Assembly: GCF_001194135.2 (NCBI RefSeq)
Contig: NC_068992.1
Location: 59,330,297 to 59,369,490 of the forward strand
Length of the DNA stretch: 39,194 nt
From: Octopus bimaculoides
Lineage: Eukaryota
Direction of reading: 5' to 3'
A program made the translations under genes and the position numbers. Positions 10,249-22,732 of the stretch are shown piece after piece. The notes beneath the pieces were generated by a model, which was not told the origin of the DNA, made no database searches, and saw nothing but the letters and a program-made list of their open reading frames with translations. Numbering within the stretch: position 1 is the stretch's first letter; every line of letters starts with the position of its first letter.

Positions 10249-10859
10249 TGTAAGGAATTAAGCTGTCAGAATTGTTTTGGCAAGGTTTCTACAACTGGAT
10301 GCCCTTCCTAATACCGACTACTTTCAAATATGTACAGGGTGCTCCTTTTAGTGTCAGTAGTACTATTGAGGTCACAATGAAGCTTGCAAGATCATGAACC
10401 CCAAAGGAGAAGGGCAGAAGAAAAAGAGTAGAGCTAAGAAAGTATTCCTCATGGGTTAATTTTCAGACCCCTTCCCTCTAACCACTTTGTTTTCCTGACT
10501 CATCCTTCCAGTTACTTCACCCATCTGATTACTGCACCCTTCAGACACCTCCTTCTGCCTACTTTGCCCTTCAGATCCTTCCCTCCCTTTCTGGTTAACT
10601 CACTCATCAGACCCCTCTCCTAGCTATCTCATTTTTCAGACTCCTCTCTCTGGTTACCTTACTCTTCAGACTCCTTCCTTTGGCTATTGCTTTTCCAACG
10701 CTCCCCTTCTACCTTTCTAACCCTTCTGACTCCCTTATCCTTCAGACCTCTCCCCTTTTGGCTCTCTTGCCCTTCAGGCTCTTCTTTGTGAGACTACCTC
10801 ATATTTCAGGCACCACCTTCTGCTTATCTCCTCCTCCTTTTGACTCCCCTAACTAAATA

Positions 10860-11135
10860 TAATCATCATCATTACCAACATCATCATTTAGTGTCTGCTT
10901 TCCATGCTGGCATGGGTTGGATGGTTGACAGGAGCTGGCTAGGCAGAAGACTGCACCATACTTCTGTGTCTGTTTTGGCATGGTTTTTTTTACAGCTGGG
11001 TGCCCTTCCTAACACCAACCACTCCACAGAGTGAGCTGAGTGTTTTTTTATGTGGAACCAGCACAGGTGAGGTCAGTTTTGACATGGGTTTTTACAGATC
11101 AATGCCCTTCCAAATGACAACTACTTTACAGTGTG
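10860..11135 (-). mobile_element. RTE-type tail element, decayed
   Basis: catcatttagtgtctgctttccatgctggcatgggttgga...gggtgcccttcctaacaccaacc is the reverse complement of the shared tail. Confidence 0.7.
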
Positions 11136-11826
11136 GATTAGATCTCCCAACTAAATACTTTTTAATCAATATCTTGTTCTTAATCCTTAGTTTTTGCTAA
11201 AAATATAAAGTAAAAAAAAAAATCAAATTAACATAATTTCATTTTTAAGATAAAAATATTCTTACACATACTTATTAATTCTATCCTCATTACATATTGT
11301 CTACAACTGACACTTCTCTCAGATCTCAGTCTTCAATGACAAATGGAACATCATCATCATCACGTATCTTGATCTATCATCAATGACATAAGTACCTCCT
11401 CTGGGTCCTGACCCTAGTTTTGGAAGACCACCCTGTTCATTCTCCTAAAGATTGGTTCCCAGATGATGACTGCCTCAGTAATAATGACCAATAAATTGCA
11501 ACCATCCACTTGTTGGTCATCTGGAGGAGGCCGCCATAGAGTTTTTTTCTTCTTAATTTGTCATCTGTATCCAGTTATTTTCTTTTACAAAAGTTACAAA
11601 AATGACTCAAGAGCCAAAAGGTTCATGCATGACACTTAACAAACTGATTCAAATCTGAGAGTTTCTTCTACAGTACAAATTACTATTCTTTCTGGAATGT
11701 TCAATTAAAAATATTGAAGAATCGTGTGAAAATTACAAGAGAGTAAATGGGTTTTTCGGTTGCATTTCTTTTACTGATTCCAAAAAGGTTTCAAGAACAC
11801 ATTATTTGAAACTCAGAATTTTCATG

Positions 11827-12240
11827 TAGGCGCAGGAGTGGCTGTGTGGTAAGTAGCTTGCTTACCAACCACATGGTTCTGGGTTCATTCCCACTGCATG
11901 GCACCTTGGGCAAGTGTCTTCTACTATAGCCTCAGGCTGACCAAAGCCTTGTGAGTGGATTTGGTAGACGGAAACTGAAAGAAGCTCGTCGTATATATGT
12001 ATGTATATATGTGTGTGTGTATGTATATGTTTGTGTGTCTGTGTTTGTCCCTCCAACATCGCTTGACAACCAATGCTGGTGTGTTTACATCCCCGTAACT
12101 TAGAGGTTCGGCTAAAGAGACCGATAGAATAAGTACTAGGCTTCCAAAGAATAAGTCCTGGCGTCGATTTGCTCGACTAAAGGCGGTGCTCCAGCATGGC
12201 CACAGTCAAATGACTGAAAAAAGTAAAAGAGTAAAAGAGA
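11827..12240 (+). mobile_element. Full-length bipartite SINE family A (CORE-like; possibly octopus OR-type)
   Basis: Head taggcgcaggagTGGCTGTGTGGtaag...GGTTCATTCCC, CORE-like ggcaccttgggcaagtgtctt, internal microsatellite, 3' module and (gtaaaaga)n tail. Confidence 0.9.
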
Positions 12241-12414
12241 GTTTGCAATATTGAGTAAAGTTAATCACATCAATCTGGCCGTTTCATGTTACTACTAGTT
12301 TAACCCCAGGTAGATCTTCCACTAGCTGGTTATCAGAGCAGCACTGCACCCTGAACATATATATTGCAAGAAGGGAAGCAAACCCCTACCATTTTCCAGC
12401 AGATGACAGGGTAT

Positions 12415-12619
12415 TTTTATCTTTTACTTGTTTCAGTCATTACACTGTGGCCATGCTGGGGCACTGCCTAGAGGAATTTTAGTCAAATGAATCAATCCCA
12501 GTATTTATTTCTCTTGAAGTACTGGTACCTATTCTATCAGTTTCTTTTGCCGAACTGCTAAGTTGCAGGGACTTCAACACACTACCATCAAGTGATAGTG
12601 GGAGACAAACACAAAGATG

Positions 12620-12651
<32 letters not shown>

Positions 12652-12890
12652 TACCATATTTTAACATGTATAAGGAACCCTCGTGTATAAGGACCCCCCT
12701 AATTTGGGGGGCTTAAAATTTGGAAAATAGGTTTTGTAAGGGATTATGATACTATCTATGTATAAGAAACTGATATATTTTTTTAACCTAATTTTTGACA
12801 AAAAAGGGTTCATTATACACATTAAAATACTGTATATGCACGATGGGCTTCTTTCAGTTTCCATCCACCAAATCCACTCACATGCACTTC
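12415..12890 (-). mobile_element. SINE family A copy interrupted by a MITE
   Basis: The 3' module (12415-12620) and part of the 5' module (12835-12890) flank the insertion. Confidence 0.75.
12654..12832. mobile_element. Tc1/mariner-superfamily (pogo/Tc2-like) MITE
   Basis: 28-bp TIRs matching 23/28 (ccatattttaacatgtataaggaaccct vs reverse complement cagtattttaatgtgtataatgaaccct), with TA on both sides (12652-53, 12833-34). Confidence 0.75.
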
Positions 12891-13212
12891 TCTGAATGGT
12901 TATATCATACCATCCATTCTTAGTTAAAGACAAGAAGAAAAAAAAATAAGAGACAGCCAAGAATACTAAATGGGAAACATGCAAAACACAAAGCCAGAAG
13001 TTATGTAACAAGAGAATGGGGGATAGAATGCGCTGGGGGAGGGGAGCAGAGAAAGACACAGAGAGAGAGAGAGAGAGAGAGAGAGTAGGGAAACAAAGGA
13101 GAGAGGGAACATATGAGATTGCCTGGTGCAAAGTGAAGTTGACATAAATTATAAATTAAATATATTTCCAACAACAAATATTAAGAAAACAAAACGTTAA
13201 CACTTAAAAAAA

Positions 13213-13224
13213 ATGTATGTGTGC

Positions 13225-13319
<95 letters not shown>

Positions 13320-13522
13320 TACATATATATATACACACACATACACAAATATTATTGGAGAAATATATATATTCACATCTATGTATATAGACATATATAC
13401 ACACACACATACATATATACACACAAACATATATACATATACACATACAATACATATATATGTACATATACACACACATATATATCTACCCATGTACATA
13501 CATACACCCATACACATTACAT

Positions 13523-13556
<34 letters not shown>

Positions 13557-13580
13557 TACATACATACATACACATGTACA
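13213..13580. repeat. Long (TA)n plus (CA/TACA)n microsatellite
   Basis: Directly visible. Confidence 0.95.
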
Positions 13581-13699
13581 ATTAAATTTCTTTTTCTCAT
13601 GGCTCAAGTTTCAGGCCACTTCGATTTGAAGGATTTTTCAAATCAAAATGGTGTGAAACTCAAGTCACTGGGGGTGTGGGTGGGTGTGCATGCATGTTT

Positions 13700-14035
13700 G
13701 CTACTACTACTACTGCTGCTGCTGCTGCTACTGCAATCAATACTATGCTGTCAGTATTATAACTACCATCATTACAGTAATTGTCATCACCACCACCACC
13801 ACCACCATTAGCACCACCACCACCACCACCATTACCACCACTAACACCTTCACCACCATCAGGACCACCATCATCATCATCACCATTATCACAACCATTA
13901 ACATCACCATCACCACCACCATCATCACCATCTTGACCATTACCATGACCACTACTACTACCACCATCATCACCACCTCAACCACCACCACTACCACCAC
14001 TGACACAACCCCCTTCACCACCATTATGAATACCA
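13700..14035. repeat. Compound trinucleotide tract (CTA/CTG/ACC/ATC)
   Basis: Directly visible; gives poly-T/H/V pseudo-ORFs. Confidence 0.9.
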
Positions 14036-14074
14036 CTTCTAAAAGCTATGCTGTGGGCAGAAGGCTGTATGGTT

Positions 14075-14905
14075 AGAAAATAAAGAGAGGGGTAGACAGA
14101 GACAGACAGACAGTAAGAGAGAGACAAGGAGAGAGAGAGAGAGATACAAACTGTGGAAGGGACAGGGTGACAGAGAGAGGAGTTAGAAAGATAGTGAGGG
14201 TTAGAGAGAGGCAGAAGGTGATAGAGAGAGATAGACAAAGGTAGGAGATAGAGAGANNNNNNNNNNNNNNNNNNNNNNNNNNNNNNNNNNNNNNNNNNNN
14301 NNNNNNNNNNNNNNNNNNNNNNNNNNNNNNNNNNNNNNNNNNNNNNNNNNNNNNNNNNNNNNNNNNNNNNNNNNNNNNNNNNNNNNNNNNNNNNNNNNNN
14401 NNNNNNNNNNNNNNNNNNNNNNNNNNNNNNNNNNNNNNNNNNNNNNNNNNNNNNNNNNNNNNNNNNNNNNNNNNNNNNNNNNNNNNNNNNNNNNNNNNNN
14501 NNNNNNNNNNNNNNNNNNNNNNNNNNNNNNNNNNNNNNNNNNNNNNNNNNNNNNNNNNNNNNNNNNNNNNNNNNNNNNNNNNNNNNAGTAGAGGGAGTCA
14601 GAGAGACAGGAGTTAGAGAGAGAGATAGGAGTTAGAGAGAGGTAAGTAGAGAGGGAGAGAGAGAAATAAACATAGAAATTGGTAAAGGTAGAAAGAGTTG
14701 GTGAGAAGTAGAGGCAGAGAGAAGTAGAGGGAGAGAAAAATAGAGGGAAAAAGAAGGAGAGTGAAAGAGGATAGAAGTAGAGATGATAGAAAGGTAGATA
14801 GACAGAGAGGTGGTAACAGAAGGGGAGGGGTGTTAAGTAGTGATGCAGTGAGGTAGGTAGATAGGTAGGTAGGTAGGTAGGTAGGTAGGTAGGTAGGTAG
14901 GAAGG
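14075..14905. repeat. Purine-rich (GA)n/(GTAG)n low-complexity tract spanning a gap
   Basis: Directly visible. Confidence 0.9.
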
Positions 14906-15526
14906 TGGTTAAGTGGAGAGGTAGGTACCAGTTTCAATCCAGTCCCCTGGAAATATGCCTCAACATCAAAGACAATCCCCAGCTGTCAACAACAAAAAAA
15001 TCTTACATGACTGACTTCAAGCAAGTAATGACTTGTACCACATGTTATGTGCATGTATGTGTATGCCTCTGTATATGTGTGCCCAGGTATGCTGGTGTAT
15101 GTGTATGGCTCTGTGTGTATGTGTATGGCTCTGTGTGTATGCATGTGTGTGGCTGTATCTATGTATTCATGTATGTATGAAAGCGTGTGTCTACGTATAC
15201 ATGTTATGTCTTTGTATATTTGTATACCACTGTATGTGTTGTGGCTATACATCTATCTTTTACTTCAGTGGACTGTGACCATGCTGGGGCACCACCTTGA
15301 AAGTTTTAGTTGAACAAATCCTGTACTTTTTTTTTTTTAGCTTGGCATTTATTCTATCAGTCTCTTCTGCTGTACTGCTAAGTTACAGTGACCTAAAACA
15401 AACCAACTCCAAGTGGTGGTAGGGAGGACAGACATACACATACAAACACGTGTGTGTGTGTGTATGTGTATATATATATAATAATAATATTAGGGACAAA
15501 ATCCAAAATTACAGGTAAAAACTCAA

Positions 15527-16068
15527 TTAAAATCAATTTATAAAAAATTAAAATTAAATTGAGCTTTATAGATAAAATATATATAAAATATATAGTTTTA
15601 GGGAAAATAACCAAGTTTCAAGAACTCATCGATGAAAATCCACTATCACATATAGAAAAATTAACAATTAAAAGCACAATAAATGAGTATAAGATAAAGC
15701 AAAGTAAATATCATAAGATAAATATGATAAAATGATTACACGTGTTTCATAACTAATTTTCAAATAGAAAGGAAATTTAAATCGATTAAAATNNNNNNNN
15801 NNTTAAAATCAATTTATAAAAAATTAAAATTAAATTGAGCTTTATAGATAAAATATATATAAAATATATAGTTTTAGGGAAAATAACCAAGTTTCAAGAA
15901 CTCATCGATGAAAATCCACTATCACATATAGAAAAATTAACAATTAAAAGCACAATAAATGAGTATAAGATAAAGCAAAGTAAATATCATAAGATAAATA
16001 TGATAAAATGATTACACGTGTTTCATAACTAATTTTCAAATAGAAAGGAAATTTAAATCGATTAAAAT
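15527..16068 (+). repeat. 266-bp exact direct duplication either side of a 10-N gap
   Basis: 15527-15792 equals 15803-16068 by eye. Confidence 0.9.
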
Positions 16069-16759
16069 CAATTGAAATTATCGAAAATAAATTCTATTAA
16101 AAAATATAGCTAATCGTCAGATCGTAAGAAGAACAATAATTAGATGTATATATCTCAACCAACAATAAGTACCAAATGAATTAATATGAAATACTTATTT
16201 TATAAAGATAGAAAAATTATTAAAAATATCAAAATATCAAAATATCAAAATAATAACCATTCAATAATCCTCCCTTCATCCATTATAATAACATGTATAT
16301 TATATACAAAAAACAGCTTACATAAATTATCATTGTTTTAAATTATCGTTGTTTTAAATACAATTTGAACGAAGTTTAAGTTTAAAATAACTCAGAACAT
16401 ACAGAAGAAACACTGCTAAGTATTTCACACAGCATGCTAACATTTCTGCCAGCTCACCAGCTTCCTAGTGGAAAGTATTCATCTCACTATGTGCTACGCC
16501 CTATTGAATCCTGTCGGACTGTCCAACCCATGCCAGCATAGAAGACAGAAGTTAAATGATGATTATGATGATGATGATGATGATGACGATATTTCGTACT
16601 TGCACACATTTTTCACATAAGCACACTTGCTCACACTCATGGAGAAATACTCTCTCAGTTGCACTCATAAACGCTTATATAGGTGGATACATATACACAG
16701 ATGCACTGAGATGCACCCACAACAACTGCATAGGAAATGGATGGCATACGTACTTGTAT

Positions 16760-16815
16760 GTGTGTGTGTGTGATATACATATATATACACACATCATACA
16801 TGTTCACAAACATAA

Positions 16816-16864
<49 letters not shown>

Positions 16865-17185
16865 GACATATTCATATGCATATGTATGCATGTGTCTATG
16901 CATATATTGTGTGTGTGTGTGTATAAATATATATGCATATTTATATTATATATATGTATATATATATATGCATGTGTGTGTATATATATACATGTATATA
17001 TATATATATATACACATGCATATATAAATGTATATGTGTGTGTAAATACATTTATGTATGTATACATATACATATATATATACATACATATATATATATA
17101 TATATGCATGTGTGTGCATATATACACATGCATATATACATGTATATATATGTGTATATACATATATAATATATATATGCATATT

Positions 17186-17217
<32 letters not shown>

Positions 17218-17319
17218 TCACATGCATCATATATACATGCATATATGTGTGTGTATATATACATATATGGATGTATATATATGTGTATATATATATATAT
17301 ATTTATATATGTATGCATA

Positions 17320-17379
<60 letters not shown>

Positions 17380-17420
17380 TAGATAGATAGATGTATTTAT
17401 ATATTTATGTATATATTAAA
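16760..17420. repeat. TA/CA/TG compound microsatellite
   Basis: Directly visible. Confidence 0.95.
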
Positions 17421-17943
17421 TACATGTATATGCCTATGTATACACCACACACATACATACACATATATACACTGTCACGCATACACACACACACACATGC
17501 AAAATGAAGGTGGTGCAGGAGGTGGCGAGTACAATTGTGATAAACAAAGATGTCAGTGCGAGCAACATCAAACACCTCAGTATATAAGAACCATAAATTT
17601 AGGGAAATGACCTCTGGAGAGGTCAGCGCATCACATGACTCATATCAGATGTTATGAGAAAAGAGAACAGAGCTCTTCATAAAAAAAAAGATACATTCTT
17701 GTTATCAAAGGTTCAATGAGTTTCACTTTGTGGTGGTGGGGATGGTGGTGAAGGTGGTGGTGATGGTGCTGCTTGTCGTAGTGGTGTTGGTGGTGATGGT
17801 GGAGGTGTTGATGATGATGGTGATGATGGTGTTGGTGGTGTTGTGTAATATGGTGAACTTGATAATGCAATGCTTTCATAGTTATAGGGGAGCTCTATAC
17901 AAACACAATCACACAAAGACACACACACACACACATACACGTG

Positions 17944-17975
<32 letters not shown>

Positions 17976-18108
17976 CACAGTGGTGTATGTGCGTGTAGAT
18001 GTAATAGATTTGATAAAGCCACACTCTCACTAATGCAGTTGTTCATCAACTTTCACTCGCACACACGCGCACACACACACACACATATATATATACACAC
18101 ACACACAA

Positions 18109-18901
18109 TAGGATGTGATGGATAAATTGTCGCCAATTTATATTTTTAATTTTGCTCATGTGCAGTGTTTGTTTGTTTTTTGTCAACTACACAGTATAGT
18201 AGGGTCAGTTGGGCACTATCTGTGAGAAAAACAGCACCATAATGCAATTCATTCTGCCAGAAATTTGGGAACAACATGCCGTACTGCTTGGCATTCACTC
18301 CAGAAGCTCCAATACGAACATTTCAGAGTGTTTGGGTGTCAATCTGAGGACAGTGGAGAGGATTCGGAAAGAGTTGGAGGAGTCTAATGGCGATTACCAA
18401 AGTATGGCAGCCCGGAAAACTCACTCTGATTGTTCTGATAAGAAAAGAACTCCTGGTGAGATCCAGGCCACGATTTACAACAATCCCTCCAAGTCAATCA
18501 GGTCCATCGCCAGGGACACGAGAGTGTCTGAGTTTCTTATCACACAGGTAGAGTATGAACACATTCAGTATTCCTCGTACAAGCTGAGAAAGGGCCAATT
18601 TTTAACCCAAGCCATCGAGGATAAGAGGAAAGACCACACTACAAAGCTTTTGAACAAACTCATGCATCCCCTCCAACTGAACATGCTTTGGTTTTTCTCA
18701 GACGAGAAAAATTTCTGCCAGGATAAGATGGTGAACACACAGAACAACTGTTGGCTTGCCGTATCCCCAAAACATGTACCGGGAGTGATAAAAGTCAAAC
18801 ATCCAGTCAACTTCATGGTGTTTGGATTGGTCACTAGTGATGGCGATGTTATGCTTCCAGTCATCTTCCCAAACGGCTTCAGACTCAACACAGAGACCTA
18901 C
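18109..18901 (+). mobile_element. Tc1/mariner transposon (maT/DD37D-like), left part; right part lost in the gap
   Basis: Putative left end ta-ggatgtgatggataaattgtcgcc followed by the transposase ORF. Confidence 0.75.
18242..18901 (+). CDS. Transposase, partial (HTH region plus first catalytic Asp)
   Basis: Open frame of 220 codons: ISECLGVNLRTVERIRKEL (HTH-like), SKSIRSIARD, WFFSDEKNF, NTQNNCWLA, KHPVNFMVFGLVTSDGDVMLPVIFPNGFRLNTETY. It runs into the gap at 18902, so the D-D spacing cannot be counted. Confidence 0.8.
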
Positions 18902-19294
18902 NNNNNNNNNNNNNNNNNNNNNNNNNNNNNNNNNNNNNNNNNNNNNNNNNNNNNNNNNNNNNNNNNNNNNNNNNNNNNNNNNNNNNNNNNNNNNNNNNNN
19001 NTGTAGATTTTAAATATATATGTATATATATATATATTGCATATAAACACTTAACCCTAAAATATATGAATCTCTAAATATAGAAATCAAATACACACAC
19101 ATATGTGTGTATATGCATGTATGTGAATGTGCGTGAATATGTGTGTATGTATGAAGAACAGGTGTCAATCAATCTTTAGAACAAACAGAACATGGTGCCG
19201 TAACCTGGCAATGAGTCCCTGTCGATAACAATAGGCAATAGGTCAGTATGTAATTCATATATTGGTTCACACATAAACACACACATATGCATGC

Positions 19295-19344
<50 letters not shown>

Positions 19345-19645
19345 CAACACTAATCTATTGTAATTCCAATAAACTGTCTCACTAGGTAAAGCAAGAAACC
19401 ACTTATATGAAAGTGTAGGACCGGCTATATGACTGACATAATATTTGAGGTGTGTGTGTGTGTGTGTGTGTGCGTGTGTGTGTGCGTGTGTGTGTGTTAT
19501 ATACGTGGTTGAGTCAAAAGGTAGCGCAAAGAAAAATTGCAATACTTTTGTATATATGTGTATGTATATCTATGTATATACATACATGCACACACATATG
19601 TACATATGTATGCGTGTATATATGTCTGTGTGTGTATGTATATAT

Positions 19646-19698
<53 letters not shown>

Positions 19699-21284
19699 NN
19701 NNNNNNNNNNNNNNNNNNNNNNNNNNNNNNNNNNNNNNNNNNNNNNNNNNNNNNNNNNNNNNNNNNNNNNNNNNNNNNNNNNNNNNNNNNNNNNNNNNNN
19801 NNNNNNNNNNNNNNNNNNNNNNNNNNNNNNNNNNNNNNNNNNNNNNNNNNNNNNNNNNNNNNNNNNNNNNNNNNNNNNNNNNNNNNNNNNNNNNNNNNNN
19901 NNNNNNNNNNNNNNNNNNNNNNNNNNNNNNNNNNNNNNNNNNNNNNNNNNNNNNNNNNNNNNNNNNNNNNNNNNNNNNNNNNNNNNNNNNNNNNNNNNNN
20001 NNNNNNNNNNNNNNNNNNNNNNNNNNNNNNNNNNNNNNNNNNNNNNNNNNNNNNNNNNNNNNNNNNNNNNNNNNNNNNNNNNNNNNNNNNNNNNNNNNNN
20101 NNNNNNNNNNNNNNNNNNNNNNNNNNNNNNNNNNTATATATATATATATACATATATATATTTGTATATATACGTATATATACATATATATACATATATA
20201 CACATGTATACATACATATATATACACAAACACACACATATATATAAACATATATACACAAACATACAGATATATAAATATATACATATATATATACACA
20301 CACACACATGCACACATTAAACAGACAGACAGACAGACAGACAGATAATGAAACACTAACTTACTATTATTTCAATGACGCTATTACATGCAACCTTCAG
20401 TGTTACTTTAATCCAAGCCTTGTTTACAAACATAAATTAGTCATACAAAATTATATTATCATCAACAAAAACTCATTGAGACTTCTCAACAATACAGAAT
20501 AAAGAATAAAACCGAAATTCCAGCTGTACAATTATGTGTTCCTCCCAAGAAGGAGTATGTGCAAATGTTGTATCATAGTTATAACAGCTGTATATAATAT
20601 CATCATGCTAGTTTAAGTGCCAATATCACATAATATGGACATAGCTGTGTGGTTACGAAGCTTGCTTTCCAAAATGAATCAAAAATGGAAATATATCTTT
20701 ACAGTCCTGCATGGTGTATAAAACCACAGAGTAGCAAATGCAATGAATTTTACAACAACTGTGCCATCAGTCAATTACATCCCCAGATTAATGTACATCT
20801 TTGTGTTAATATTTTTTCTGTCAAAAAAAATCTACAGAAATGCTACACCCAAGACCTCAAGGTTTCCAGTGAACCTACAGAAAGAAATTTTGGGAACTTG
20901 AGATAAAAGAATCTCTCTTAGTTAAGAAATACACATCACATGTTGGCAACAGGTCAGAACAGCACACAGTCAATCGAGTGTTTTTGTGACTCATATAAAC
21001 CCTTCATACACACCCACTATAGGGCAGAGAAGTCAGCAAATAACAGCTTTTCTCCAAAAATTTCCTGAGTAAGGAGTCCTAATCCTGTAATGTTGAAATA
21101 CCAGGTAGGACTATCCACATGTTTTATTTCTTTTTTTTAGCTGTAAGTGAAACATATAATCAAAAACATATCAGACAATGCTTCATGAAAATTATACTAC
21201 TGTAATATTTATATATATATGTATTTTCATGATCATCTATAGAGTGTATATTTACAATATTTATATATACACACACTAACAATT

Positions 21285-22150
21285 TACAGAATTGTTAGAG
21301 ATTCAGACAAAATGCCTAGCAGTATTTCATTAGAATCTTCACATTCTGAGTTCTAATTCTGCTGTGGCCACCTTTGCCTTTCATTCTCTAGAATCAATAA
21401 ATTATTGGTTTCAAATTTTGGCAGAAGGTCAGAAGGTCAGAAGGGAGGGGTAAGTCAATTACATTGACCCAGTGCTCAACTAGTATTTATATTATTGACC
21501 GCAAAAGGATGAAAGGCAAAGACAACCTCAGTGGAATTTGAACTCAGAATGTTGGCAAAATGCCACATGCTAACAATTCTACCAGCTTGCCACCTTAAAC
21601 CTTCATTTAATGCTGATTGCAAATTCTGGTACAAAGCCAGCAATTTCAAGGGAGTGGATAAGTTGATTACATCAACCCCAGTATTCAACTGGTACTTATT
21701 TTATTAACCCCAGAAGGATCAGAAACAAAGTCAACCTCAGTGGAATTTGAACTCGGAATGTGAAGACTGACAAAATGTTGCTATGCATTTTAGCTGGTGA
21801 GCTAATGATTCTTATTTCTTTATTGCCCACACGGGGCTAAACATAGAGGGGACAAACAAGGACAGACAAAGGGATTAAGTCAATTACATCGACCCCAGTG
21901 CGTAACTGGTACTTAATTTATCGACCCCGAAAGGATGAAAGGCAAAGTCAACCTCAGCGGAATTTGAACTCAGAACATAACAGCAGACGAAATACCGCTA
22001 AGCATTTTGCTCGGCGTGCTAACGATTCTGCCAGCTCGCCACCTTAGCAATCAATAAAATATTATGTACCAGTTTACTACTGTGATTGATGGCATCAAGT
22101 ACCACCCCTCCACTCCAAATCATTGACCTTGTAACTAAATTAGAAACAAT
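21285..22150. mobile_element. Cluster of SINE family D copies in both orientations; best copy 21806-22045 (-)
   Basis: Plus copies at about 21285-21480, 21600-21680 and 22047-22150; minus copies at about 21470-21600, 21680-21805 and 21806-22045. Confidence 0.8.
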
Positions 22151-22319
22151 ACACATACTCTATCAACCTTATCTACAGAGAGTATATTTATAATATTTAA
22201 ATCTACATATTAACCTCATCGTTAGTGTATATTTACAATCAATCAAATGGATTGCAACAAATATAAACATTGTAAATATGTACTGTTGAGATGAGATTAT
22301 TTTTGTGTGAGTGTGTGGG

Positions 22320-22368
<49 letters not shown>

Positions 22369-22732
22369 CAAATAGTAAATGAGTATATGCATATATACAT
22401 ACAGGTATGTGCATACCGACATCCACTTGTATGTATAGGTGCATATCTGGGTACAGGACATTGCAAACAGAACAGAGACGAGAAAACACACAAGCCACAT
22501 AGAGAACATTCTACTTCATCAGCTACCTCCGTTTTAACACCGGCGTTTCGNNNNNNNNNNNNNNNNNNNNNNNNNNNNNNNNNNNNNNNNNNNNNNNNNN
22601 NNNNNNNNNNNNNNNNNNNNNNNNNNNNNNNNNNNNNNNNNNNNNNNNNNNNNNNNNNNNNNNNNNNNNNNNNNNNNNNNNNNNNNNNNNNNNNNNTATA
22701 TACAAGTTGCTATGATTGACTGCTAAATCCAC

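Noticed and set aside
11394-11442. Minus-strand ENEQGGLPKLGSGPRGG exon candidate
   Set aside because: Poor acceptor, weak donor (gtactt), and phase incompatible with the 8552 exon.
12911-12918. 8-nt microexon AATGGATG
   Set aside because: AAG acceptor and not frame-preserving; no independent support.
13684-14076. Thr/His/Val-rich mucin-like ORFs (also 17652-17975)
   Set aside because: Pure trinucleotide tracts open on both strands, without supporting splice signals.
17608-17625. TGACCT-N6-AGGTCA palindrome resembling a nuclear receptor element
   Set aside because: An 8-bp inverted repeat is plausible by chance in 39 kb; no promoter evidence.
21102-21140. Minus-strand exon with good splice sites
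   Set aside because: All three frames contain stops; at most a UTR exon.
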